64,000 nt of DNA from Candidatus Latescibacterota bacterium (GTDB taxonomy: Bacteria > Latescibacterota > UBA2968 > GCA-2709665), in NCBI GenBank assembly GCA_965222075.1, contig OZ244937.1, positions 1,312,001 through 1,376,000 of the forward strand, read 5' to 3'. Below the pieces are notes generated by a model. The model searched no databases. It had not been told where the DNA came from and worked only from the letters and a program-made list of their open reading frames with translations. The position numbers were made by a program, and so were the translations under genes. Shown here in pieces: positions 47,623-56,570 of this stretch; within the stretch, counting starts at the first letter, position 1, and each line of letters begins with the position of its first letter.

Positions 47623-50170
47623 AGATTCTTACTTCAAGGCAATTGCACTTGCCGAGTAGACCGCTATAAGCGTTCGCAATTGTCGTCCATCTGGCCGTTA
47701 GACCTTGTTCCTCCAGTCTTCTGTGAATGATCCCGATCAACGATTTAGAATTTTTTGGAACGCCATCTTCCAAATCGGCTTCGTTAAATTTCCCCCGCCC
47801 TACGACATAGCAGGTAAAGATGCCGGACAACGTGCCTTGCTGTCCAAGATTATCCAAATGGGAACCCCAGGTAGCAACACGAAATCCCAGTCTATTTCCT
47901 TTCTTTAAGAATTCCGATATTCCATCTAAGCTCAATAACTTAAACCCATCGCGCGAAATTACAAGAATTGACTGACAAATTTCTACGGGATCATAATCAA
48001 ATTCACACAGCGAATAGCTTGCCGCGATAGATTTGATTGGGTCAAGATTTTCTTTCTTCAGCAGGTCCGCTTGTTGTGCCAGCCACGATTTAATGCTCGC
48101 GATCGGTGCCACTCGTTCACCAGCCTCTCGCTTGGCATTTTTGGGAAAGTGATCAATTAGACCGATAAATGGCTCATCGTAACGATTATGAGGTGAAACT
48201 AAACCGCCCACAGCTTTCGCCGAAAGAAAATCGGCCCCATTTGACCGAGAACAGCTAACAGCAGCCAAACCGTAACATTTTTGGCCATCACGGATCTCTC
48301 TAAGGCGATGAACATTACTATCTATAATGTGCTGAACCTTCGCGTTCACGCCGCAACTCACATACGAAAGAGTCTTAAGCCACGCTGCTCTATCTTCTAT
48401 TTTCGGCGGAAAACCGCCGTGAACTTGAGTGGTTTTTCCGTCCCATTCGACAAAAACTCGGACTCCAATTCCGGAGACTAAGGCCGCTACATAATCGTGA
48501 AACGTGACATCAAAATCCTCATGGCCATGAATATTCGCGTGTATCTTTATGCGATTTGGATTCGCCAAAACATTTTTCTTAAAGTCTATTTCGATCCTTG
48601 TTGAGACATCCATTCCAAAGTTCTCAGATTTGTATTTGCTGAGCGTTGGCCGAAGTGAAAGTCCATTTGCAAACGAAAGGCACATAAGAGAATCGAGGCC
48701 TTGATCGAAGCGACGTGAAAATACCCTCACACTATCGGCGATCATAAAAATGGAAAAGAAACCAATTCCAAAACGCCCGGCTGGAGAATGGCCAGAAGAT
48801 TGGAGGCCTGGAAACTCCTGAGACGCCCGCGCGTTTTTCCAAAAACTTTTACCGAAATCCGTCAAATCATCAGTAAGCGTCTTTTGGGACATTCCGATAC
48901 CATCATCATCAATTTGTAAGACAAAGCGCCCTCTCTTGGGATAGTCAATTAGACGCACAATAATGCGTCCATCAAAATGCTCATTAGTGATTGTCTGTCT
49001 CGCGGTGATTGCATCTGAAGAGTTCTGAACGAGCTCCCGGATTACTATTTCGAGCTTGTCCTGCGTACCATATAGCTCTGCGCCGCCTAATCTTTCGATC
49101 AAACTTGCTACGTCGGAAACATGTACCTTGGTATCCGTCGGCTCCCAGTCCATAGTTTCAACGTATTTCGTCAATTCCTTAACATTTCCAGCTCCCGCAA
49201 CGCATTTTCGCGCGAACTGCGGGTGGAACCCGTTTGCTGCGTTCCCAAGCACCTCGTTGCAATCCCTGAGTTCCTTGTCAAAGAGCGCTATCGCATCAAA
49301 TGCGACCCACCACGCTGTAGCTCCGTTTTGCGGAAAAGGCCCGGTTGATGCGATGATCAACTGAGTTTGGTCGTTCGGGTTGACTATGACCCGTCCCAGA
49401 CGGTTCTGAGCAACCCAATGTGCCCTGGAAACTGAATTCATCTCAAGCAGCTTCAGGAGAAATGTGGGGGCGCGTGCGCCGTCTATGTGTCCGGCGTCCG
49501 CAACTCGCAACATACAAGCTATTTTCAGAGGATCGACAACCCAGTCGGGCCGGAGGAAAGCTGCCGGGGGGCGAGGTGTGGAGAACCGTTGGACGGTGGT
49601 TTCTATATCCCAATGATGCGATGCTGCAATTTCCCCTATCAGGTGGCCATAGTGTTCTCGAAGTTCGCTATCTTCGATCAGATACACGGAGCCATTCGAT
49701 TGAGCTTGCCATGGATCGCATGCTAGCCTCGCTGCTTGAGAAGCATGAAGATACCTCAGGGCCTCGAAATCGGCCTCGTGGCGAATGTCCTGTGTATTGT
49801 TGGCCAGACTAGAGAGTCGGGCGTGAGCATCTCTCCATTCCACGGTGTTACGCAGACCTTGCTGTCCCCCAGCATATGCCTCAAAGCAAAGGGCGGCGTC
49901 ATGCAACAAGACAGCGCCACCGAATACATATGCTTCCAACGGATTTAAGGGGAAATCGTCACCCACAATTATGTCGGCAACTTCCCAAATTGCATCCATA
50001 TGCGTGATATCGTGTATCGTGAGATGAGGAAGGTCTACAGCGATTTTGGATGTCAATTGTGCAACTCTATTGCGAAAGTTGTCAAGAGAAGCCGTAAGTC
50101 TTATGATGTTGGGGTCGGCTTCTTTGTTGGCCCCAAAGCTCCTTTGCCAGATGCCCGTTTCCTGAATCAT
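47618..50170 (-). CDS. HD-domain (HD-CE-like) + HSP90-like GHKL ATPase protein
   Basis: LTIHDITHMDA, LLHDAA, IAASHHW, LRVAD; GHKL motifs RELVQNSSDA, DDGIGM, GRFGIGFFS. Visibly AT-richer than mod and res. Confidence 0.8.
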   Translation of the reverse strand: MIQETGIWQRSFGANKEADPNIIRLTASLDNFRNRVAQLTSKIAVDLPHLTIHDITHMDAIWEVADIIVGDDFPLNPLEAYVFGGAVLLHDAALCFEAYAGGQQGLRNTVEWRDAHARLSSLANNTQDIRHEADFEALRYLHASQAARLACDPWQAQSNGSVYLIEDSELREHYGHLIGEIAASHHWDIETTVQRFSTPRPPAAFLRPDWVVDPLKIACMLRVADAGHIDGARAPTFLLKLLEMNSVSRAHWVAQNRLGRVIVNPNDQTQLIIASTGPFPQNGATAWWVAFDAIALFDKELRDCNEVLGNAANGFHPQFARKCVAGAGNVKELTKYVETMDWEPTDTKVHVSDVASLIERLGGAELYGTQDKLEIVIRELVQNSSDAITARQTITNEHFDGRIIVRLIDYPKRGRFVLQIDDDGIGMSQKTLTDDLTDFGKSFWKNARASQEFPGLQSSGHSPAGRFGIGFFSIFMIADSVRVFSRRFDQGLDSLMCLSFANGLSLRPTLSKYKSENFGMDVSTRIEIDFKKNVLANPNRIKIHANIHGHEDFDVTFHDYVAALVSGIGVRVFVEWDGKTTQVHGGFPPKIEDRAAWLKTLSYVSCGVNAKVQHIIDSNVHRLREIRDGQKCYGLAAVSCSRSNGADFLSAKAVGGLVSPHNRYDEPFIGLIDHFPKNAKREAGERVAPIASIKSWLAQQADLLKKENLDPIKSIAASYSLCEFDYDPVEICQSILVISRDGFKLLSLDGISEFLKKGNRLGFRVATWGSHLDNLGQQGTLSGIFTCYVVGRGKFNEADLEDGVPKNSKSLIGIIHRRLEEQGLTARWTTIANAYSGLLGKCNCLEVRIW

Positions 50171-50277
50171 ATTGGTCCTAATCCTATCGGTAAGTACGCG
50201 CAAGCTTTCGCCAAGGGCGGTCTGTTGAGATAAGGTATTTCCGTTCACTCTGAAACTCGACTTCAACGGAGTCTCTC

Positions 50278-52137
50278 CTAAAGGCTCCGCACATTCGCCA
50301 GACCATGCTGCTCAAGGATGGCCGTAAGGTTTGCCTTGGCGACGTCGTCCACGAAGGCGCTGTCGCGAAAGACCACGGTGCTGTCCCCAGCGGGTGAAAG
50401 CTCGGCATGCCACTCGGCGATACCGAGGGCCAGTGGCTCGACCTCCTCGCAGGTGATCTTCTTGTCGAGGCAGGCGATCAACGTCCCGGTGCCTATGGAG
50501 CGGACGGACTTCCCCGCAACAGGCCGGGTCTCAATGGGCACGCAGAGGTCGAGGCCGAGCTTGAGCAGCAACTCATAGAGAATATCTTCTTCACTTCGAT
50601 CCGGCTTGATGTGGTCAATGCTGTCGAGCAGCGTGCCTTCCAGGTCGTCGGCATCCGGCTCCCAGGCACGGATGTTGGACGTGTCCAGCTTGAAGACACG
50701 GAATCCGAGGTCGCCAGAAAATAGCGGATTCTCCGCTCGGATCCATCGTCCGGCACGGCGGAGGCGTTCCTTGGCAATGTCGGCGATGCTGGCGTAGTCT
50801 TCGCGTTGTGTTGTCTCCGGAAACTGAACTATTGCGTACCGAAGAGCGATTGACCGGCTTGAACTCGCCTCCATCGCCGCTTGCGCGAGGGGTGCCGAAC
50901 CGGCGAAGAAATCTAGCACAGTATCGCCATCCGCACAGAATAGCTCTAGAAGACGACTCGCTAGTTTGACTGGTTTCGGAGTATCGAAAGGCGCATCTCC
51001 ATCGAAGAGTTCTTTGAGCTCAAGTGTAGCCTCTTTGTTGTGTCCGGCAAAAGTGTGGTCCCACCATGTGTGTGGAGTGACACCGTTTTCACTCTCGGAA
51101 AGAAACGATTTCACCATCGGACGTGCGTCCATTTTGACGCCCCACCAAATGCGACCTTGGGCACACCATTCTTCAAACTGTGCCTTGTTACACCTCCAAT
51201 ACCGATTAGGTGGCGGGTCGAACATCTCCCCTTTTGGACCCACAATTGTGTACTGGCCCGCAGAATACGGCTTGCTTGCCGAAAGGTCTTGGGCACGCCA
51301 AGGACCGCGTGGATCATTATCCGGGTTCCTGTAGGCTTTGATCTGTTCCCTTGTGCGCTGCCAAGGGTTCACATCTACCATTTCTCGATTCCGAGCATAG
51401 ACGAGGATGAAGTCGTGCATGTCCGACACCCAGCGCGCCGTGACATTTGAAACATAGCGCTTCTGCCAGACGATTGTCGCTATGTGGTTCTCCTCACCGA
51501 AGATTTCGTCACACAACTTACCCAAATTCGTTTGCTCGGTGTCGTCAATCGATATACAGGCGACTCCGTCTGGTCCCAGTAGTTGACGTGCGACCAGAAG
51601 TCGAGGGTAGAGCATGTTCAGCCACCGGGTGTGGAACCGCCCCGAAGCTTCCGTATTCGACGAAAGCTTCCGGTTTTCTCCGTCGGTCTGTCCGGTCAAC
51701 TCCAGGTAGTTCCGGATGTTGTCACGGTAGTCGTCAGGATATACGAAGTCCTTTCCCGTATTGTACGGCGGATCGATGTAGATGAGCTTCACCTTCCCGG
51801 AGTAGCTCTTCTGCAGGAGCTTGAGCACCTCCAGGTTGTCGCCCTCAATCATCAGGTTTTGCGTTGTATCCCAATCAACGCTCTCCTCAGGGCAGGGGCG
51901 CAGGGTGCCGGTTGAAGGCGTCAGCGCAAGCTGCCGCGCTTGGCGTTTGCCGTGCCACTTGAGGCCGTACTTTTCCTCACGCTCGTCCACTGCGCCGCCG
52001 AGAAGCTGCTTGAGCACGTCGAAATCGACCTTGCCCTCGGTAAACGCCCCGGGAAACAGGGCCTTCAGATGGTCGACATTCTCGGCGATAACGTCAGCCG
52101 AACGCGTCTCCGGGTCGTTGGCGGCGATCTTTGTCAT
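50278..52137 (-). CDS. mod: Type III RM DNA methyltransferase (Mod)
   Basis: IEGDNLEVLKLL, IYIDPPYNTG, FDTPKP, VLDFFAGS, GFRVFKL. Confidence 0.95.
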   Translation of the reverse strand: MTKIAANDPETRSADVIAENVDHLKALFPGAFTEGKVDFDVLKQLLGGAVDEREEKYGLKWHGKRQARQLALTPSTGTLRPCPEESVDWDTTQNLMIEGDNLEVLKLLQKSYSGKVKLIYIDPPYNTGKDFVYPDDYRDNIRNYLELTGQTDGENRKLSSNTEASGRFHTRWLNMLYPRLLVARQLLGPDGVACISIDDTEQTNLGKLCDEIFGEENHIATIVWQKRYVSNVTARWVSDMHDFILVYARNREMVDVNPWQRTREQIKAYRNPDNDPRGPWRAQDLSASKPYSAGQYTIVGPKGEMFDPPPNRYWRCNKAQFEEWCAQGRIWWGVKMDARPMVKSFLSESENGVTPHTWWDHTFAGHNKEATLELKELFDGDAPFDTPKPVKLASRLLELFCADGDTVLDFFAGSAPLAQAAMEASSSRSIALRYAIVQFPETTQREDYASIADIAKERLRRAGRWIRAENPLFSGDLGFRVFKLDTSNIRAWEPDADDLEGTLLDSIDHIKPDRSEEDILYELLLKLGLDLCVPIETRPVAGKSVRSIGTGTLIACLDKKITCEEVEPLALGIAEWHAELSPAGDSTVVFRDSAFVDDVAKANLTAILEQHGLANVRSL

Positions 52138-52198
52138 AAGTTCTTCCCTGTCCAAAGAATGGCACGGGGCCTTTGGGCGCTTGAGTTTCAGGCTTCTT

Positions 52199-53755
52199 TC
52201 ACTTTCCGTTGCTACAACCCTCTGCTGGTTGTTCAGAATGACGATCCGTGACTGCTTTTGCCGCTTCGTCGATGCTAGGAAAAAGGGTTTCGCGTGTGAT
52301 GTTCAGCAGGCATAGTTCATCCGAAATGCATCGTTTTTTCCTGTCCGGCACTTCCAGAGTGTAATGATCGTAAACCGGAACCCCGGAGTTCTGATTCAGA
52401 ATCTCACTGCGTTCGAACCGCTCGTGAAACGCAGAAATGAAGAAAGCCCCTGATTGCGCTCGGATGCGCTCGAATGACCGCTGAGGTTCAACGACGAACA
52501 CGCGGAAGAGATCTCTGGGGTCGATTCTTTCCTGGAAGTGTGGCTTTTCCTGACGGATGAAGTGATAGAGGCGGACCATGGCCTGCCAGTAATAGCCTGC
52601 CCATTCGGGGCCACCCGGATCAACGTCATCCGGTGTATCCTCCTTCCTCTTCCCAAGCAGCCGCTTTTGTTCCTTGCATGAGAGCTTAGCGAAATTAGCA
52701 ATGACGCTAATCGAGTCGCTGTTGAACGGTTTTATCAGATTCTCTGGCACCGCGAAGACATGCAGGCGGCCAGGCTCTTCGCTGGAACCTCCTTTTCGTT
52801 CTTGGCAGGCGTGGAACAAAGCAACGAGCGGGTTTCGAGTGATGTCGAGTAGCCGGGTCGGGAGTCCGTGATGCTGTGCGAGGACCCATTGCGCCAGTGC
52901 TGAATTCAGCTTGTCGAATTCCTCCGGCCGGCGCGACATGAGGTCGACTATCATTTTGGCTTCCGATTTGAGATGCACAAATGTTCCATTCTTCATTCGC
53001 ATTAGGGAAGGGCGCAGTTCCGGGAACATTTTAGCTTCGCCGCGAAAATACAGAACCCGATCAGGCATGTTCTCGCTAATAATGGAACATTTTTTGAGCA
53101 AGCACTGGACACTGTCGACTGCCTCGCCGGATCTAATGTCGGGAGGAGTTCCTTCATCAGGATTCCCTCCTGAAAAGAGAGTCGCCTTCCAGGGCTGGGT
53201 ACGGAATAAATTCGTGCCTTCTATCTTTGCGTAACGAAGGTCGGCACCAGCAAGTTCACGATTAGCGAGTATCGCGTCTGTGAGGTCCGCTCCATGGAAG
53301 TCGGCACCACACAACGAGGCGGTGTTGAAATCCTCAGAATTACGTTCTCCGCCAAACATTTTCGCTCCGCGGAGTTCTGCGCAAAGGCCGAACTCGCAGC
53401 CACGGAGGTCGGCGAAGTCAAGGTCCGCATCATTGAGGATAGCTCCGTTGAGATTACATTCCTTGAGATCAGCGAAACGGAGATTCGCGTTGGAGAGATT
53501 GACGTTGTAGAGTTCGGTCTTCTGGAGTTTGGCACCGCTCAGATCAATACCAGAAAGGTCAACGACATCGTCGAACTTTCCGAGAAGTCTCTGCCGGATT
53601 ATAGCCCCAGGGCTTTCGACCGAGACACCCCCTTTTCCGAACTTTCCGGGAATATAGGCCTCCTCAAGGTCTGGCGTAAAGTCCTCGCGTTTGCGTCGTT
53701 CATTCCATTTCTCGACGCCTTCGAGCAGCCATTGGATGTGTTCAGTGTTAGCCAT
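52199..53755 (-). CDS. Pentapeptide-repeat + FRG domain protein
   Basis: GVEKWN start and A(D/N)L repeats; FRG motifs YFRGE, LRPSL, AQHHGLPTRLLDITRNPLVALFHAC, RIRAQSGAF. Confidence 0.88.
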   Translation of the reverse strand: MANTEHIQWLLEGVEKWNERRKREDFTPDLEEAYIPGKFGKGGVSVESPGAIIRQRLLGKFDDVVDLSGIDLSGAKLQKTELYNVNLSNANLRFADLKECNLNGAILNDADLDFADLRGCEFGLCAELRGAKMFGGERNSEDFNTASLCGADFHGADLTDAILANRELAGADLRYAKIEGTNLFRTQPWKATLFSGGNPDEGTPPDIRSGEAVDSVQCLLKKCSIISENMPDRVLYFRGEAKMFPELRPSLMRMKNGTFVHLKSEAKMIVDLMSRRPEEFDKLNSALAQWVLAQHHGLPTRLLDITRNPLVALFHACQERKGGSSEEPGRLHVFAVPENLIKPFNSDSISVIANFAKLSCKEQKRLLGKRKEDTPDDVDPGGPEWAGYYWQAMVRLYHFIRQEKPHFQERIDPRDLFRVFVVEPQRSFERIRAQSGAFFISAFHERFERSEILNQNSGVPVYDHYTLEVPDRKKRCISDELCLLNITRETLFPSIDEAAKAVTDRHSEQPAEGCSNGK

Positions 53756-53923
53756 GAAGCGTCTTTTGCTCCTTTGACTTCACCAGCGGATTCCACGCGC
53801 CAGGGGCGAGCTGTCTATAAAAATAGCAGCGCTCCACAGGCCATGTCAGTGTTTCTCGGCCACAACGTCCGCCGGGCGGGTCTCCACCAGTACGGTCACA
53901 CGGTGGGGGAGGGGACAGTCCAT

Positions 53924-54007
53924 CGGTTTCCACTGGTCAGAGAGGCACTTAGCTTAACCTTCCAACGGTTTCCACTGGTCAGAGAGGCACTTAGCTTAAC
54001 CTTCCAA
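53924..54007. repeat. Perfect 42-bp tandem duplication at the island edge, including the glycosyltransferase stop codon
   Basis: CGGTTTCCACTGGTCAGAGAGGCACTTAGCTTAACCTTCCAA at 53924..53965 and 53966..54007. Confidence 0.92.
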
Positions 54008-54719
54008 ACATCGATTTCAAACGCAACAGCCAGACGGCCCAGATCGCTTCCCCCATGATCTTTTTGGACATTTTTGAAACACCGGCCGTGCGGTCATAAA
54101 AAATAATGGGGATTTCTTTGATTTTGAATCCTTTTTTCCAGGCGCGCATGGTGCCTTCTATCTGGAAAGCATAGCCGGATACGTGGATTCGGTCGAGGTC
54201 TATGGCTTCCAGGACTTCCCGCCGGAAACATTTAAACCCACCCGTGGCGTCTCTGATGGACATCCCCGTAACCAGCCTGGCATAGACATTGGCATAATAG
54301 GACAACAGGAGACGTGTGATCGGCCAGTTGATCACATTCACGCCGGTGATGTAACGCGAGCCGAGGATCAGGTCGTGGTGTTCAATCTCCCTGAGGAAAT
54401 CCTTCAAGTAGCCGGGGCGATGGGAAAAGTCGGCGTCCATTTCAAAGATACAGTCATATCCTCGCTCTATCGCCCATTTGAATCCAGCGATGTAAGCCTT
54501 TCCCAGGCCCTCTTTTTTCTGGCGGTGCAGCACGTGGACCTTTTCATCCTGAGCGGATATTCGATCGGCAATTTCACCCGTCCCATCGGGGGAACTGTCG
54601 TCTACGATGAGAACCTCGAGGCGGAGGTCTTCCTTCAGGACCGCGGGGACGATCTTCTCAATATTGTCCCGCTCGTTGTAGGTGGGAACAATGACCAGCG
54701 CTCGCTTGGGTTGGGACAT
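53991..54719 (-). CDS. Polyprenol-monophosphomannose synthase-like GT2 glycosyltransferase
   Basis: IVPTYNERDN, VDDSSPDGT, GLGKAY, EMDADFSH, DATGGFK, GYAFQIE. Confidence 0.9.
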   Translation of the reverse strand: MSQPKRALVIVPTYNERDNIEKIVPAVLKEDLRLEVLIVDDSSPDGTGEIADRISAQDEKVHVLHRQKKEGLGKAYIAGFKWAIERGYDCIFEMDADFSHRPGYLKDFLREIEHHDLILGSRYITGVNVINWPITRLLLSYYANVYARLVTGMSIRDATGGFKCFRREVLEAIDLDRIHVSGYAFQIEGTMRAWKKGFKIKEIPIIFYDRTAGVSKMSKKIMGEAIWAVWLLRLKSMFGRLS

Positions 54720-54857
54720 TTGGAGAACTCCCTTCCTTACTCAGGGGAACATATCTCCCTGGATTTTTGGACGGTTTCTTGACATGATACACTTTTTTTG
54801 TATCTTCGTAAAGCATAAGGTTCCAACGTTCTGATGAAAATCCAGGAGCATGCGCCA

Positions 54858-55997
54858 ATGGCAACAGAAACGACAGTTGAACCCGTGGTTGGGCGTGAGC
54901 GCCGTTCGCCCCACAAGAAGGCCCTGAGTCTGATCGATTGCGATGTGCACCACATCATGAGAAGCTTTCAGGATCTGGTTCCGTACCTGGACGACACGTA
55001 TCGGCGCCGCCTGCAACCGGCCATCAGTCCGCAGGCCGGGGAGCGCACCAGCTTCCGGCTTCCCCGCCGGGCGTATTTTCACCCGTACAGCTCCAATCGC
55101 GGGGATACGATGGAAGAAGACGGCACAAACCACGCGTCAGATCCGGCCCGGCTCAAAGAGAACCTTTTGGACCGTTACGGAATCGATTATGTGGTTCTGC
55201 TGGGGAACGATCTGACAACGCTGTCCGGTATGCCAGACCCGGCGCTGGCGGCGGGCATCGCACGCGCGTACAATGACTGGTCCATAGACGTCTGGCTGCG
55301 GGCCGATGCCCGCTTCAAGCTGTCGATCTGGGTGGCGCCTCAGGATCCGGCGCTGGCGGCGCAGGAGATCGAGCGCCTGGGCGATCATCCGGATGTGGTC
55401 CAGGTGGCCGTGCCGCAGATGGACATTTTGCTGGGTAAACGGCATTACTGGCCGATCTACGAGGCGGCTCAGAAGCACGGGCTTCCGGTTGCCTTCCACG
55501 TGGGACCCGAGTCGGCGGGATTGAACGGGCCGCAGGTGGCGGTGGGAGCGCCCACATACTATATCGAACTGCAAACGGGGGTGGTGTCCATCGGGATCAA
55601 CAATGTGACCAGCCTGGTGTGCGAAGGGGTATTCGAGAAGTTCCCCGATCTTAAGACGGTTTTTCTGGAGTTCGGTTTCACCTGGATCCCGGGGCTGATG
55701 TGGCGTCTGGACCGGGAGTGGAAGTCCCTGCGGGCCGAAGTGCCCTGGGTGAAGCGCCCGCCAAGCGAGTACATTCTCAAGCACGTTCGAGTCGGTTCGC
55801 AACCCCTGGAAGAGCCCCCACATCCCGAATATCTCCACCAGACACTGGAAATGATGTCCGCCGGGGAGACGATGCTGTTTGCGACCGACTACCCGCACTG
55901 GGATTTCGACGACCCCAAACATATTATCCGCAGAATTCCTGAGCACATGCGGCAGGGGATTCTGGTGGATAACGCCCGGAAGGTGTATGGTCTGTAA
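54858..55997 (+). CDS. Amidohydrolase_2 family protein (possible amidohydrolase-related dinuclear oxygenase)
   Basis: IDCDVH, AYNDW, YWPIYEAA, GVFEKFP, QPLEEP, DYPHWDFD. Confidence 0.85.
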   Translation: MATETTVEPVVGRERRSPHKKALSLIDCDVHHIMRSFQDLVPYLDDTYRRRLQPAISPQAGERTSFRLPRRAYFHPYSSNRGDTMEEDGTNHASDPARLKENLLDRYGIDYVVLLGNDLTTLSGMPDPALAAGIARAYNDWSIDVWLRADARFKLSIWVAPQDPALAAQEIERLGDHPDVVQVAVPQMDILLGKRHYWPIYEAAQKHGLPVAFHVGPESAGLNGPQVAVGAPTYYIELQTGVVSIGINNVTSLVCEGVFEKFPDLKTVFLEFGFTWIPGLMWRLDREWKSLRAEVPWVKRPPSEYILKHVRVGSQPLEEPPHPEYLHQTLEMMSAGETMLFATDYPHWDFDDPKHIIRRIPEHMRQGILVDNARKVYGL

Positions 55998-56009
55998 TAG
56001 GAGGCGAGT

Positions 56010-56408
56010 GTGGCGGGAAAGCACCGGCATGTGGTTGGCAAGAAGCGTGAGTTTCTCCCGGGAACCCGAAGGATTGTGGAGGTGAAGGGGCGGTCCATCG
56101 GGGTGTTCAACGTCGATGGGGCGTATTACGCGTTGCGGAACACCTGCCCTCACCAGGGGGGGCCGCTTTGTCAGGGCACGTTAACCGGGACGATGATTCC
56201 GTCCGAACCGGGCGACTACGTCTACGGGATGGAAAACCGGGTGCTGCGCTGCCCCTGGCATTGCTGGGAATTTGATATTACCACAGGGAAGATGTTTTTT
56301 GTGCCCGATGCTCTCAGGGTCAAAACATACGAGGTGGGCGTTGAGCCCCCGTCGGTGGAGACCTATCCGGTTGCGGTAGAGGAAAGTATGGTTGTGTTAT
56401 ATGTTTAA
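56010..56408 (+). CDS. Rieske [2Fe-2S] ferredoxin
   Basis: CPHQGGPL...CPWHCWEF; GGAGG RBS. Confidence 0.92.
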   Translation: MAGKHRHVVGKKREFLPGTRRIVEVKGRSIGVFNVDGAYYALRNTCPHQGGPLCQGTLTGTMIPSEPGDYVYGMENRVLRCPWHCWEFDITTGKMFFVPDALRVKTYEVGVEPPSVETYPVAVEESMVVLYV

Positions 56409-56427
56409 GACGGGGTAGGCAAATTCG

Positions 56428-56458
56428 GGGCGGCCAGGACGGCCGCCTTTTTTGTTTT
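56428..56458 (+). terminator. Rho-independent terminator
   Basis: GGCGGCC-AGGAC-GGCCGCC followed by TTTTTT. Confidence 0.75.
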
Positions 56459-56570
56459 GTCATGGAGGGTAAGGTCTTGTTGCGATTGGGCAGGAGGTCG
56501 TGGGGAGGTCGTTTGAGGCGTCTGTCAGCAGCAATCCAGGGGCGCTGGAGGCGTATCAGAACAGGCGCTT

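Larger units (their letters stand above)
37544..53943. mobile_element. ~16.4-kb defence island bounded by the 21-bp direct repeat TCGGTTTCCACTGGTCAGAGA (37544..37564 and 53923..53943)
   Basis: Exact direct repeat at both ends. Content is RM/TA/defence genes. Deleting it would place the glycosyltransferase stop just upstream of the RBS of the 36436..37521 gene. Confidence 0.75.
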
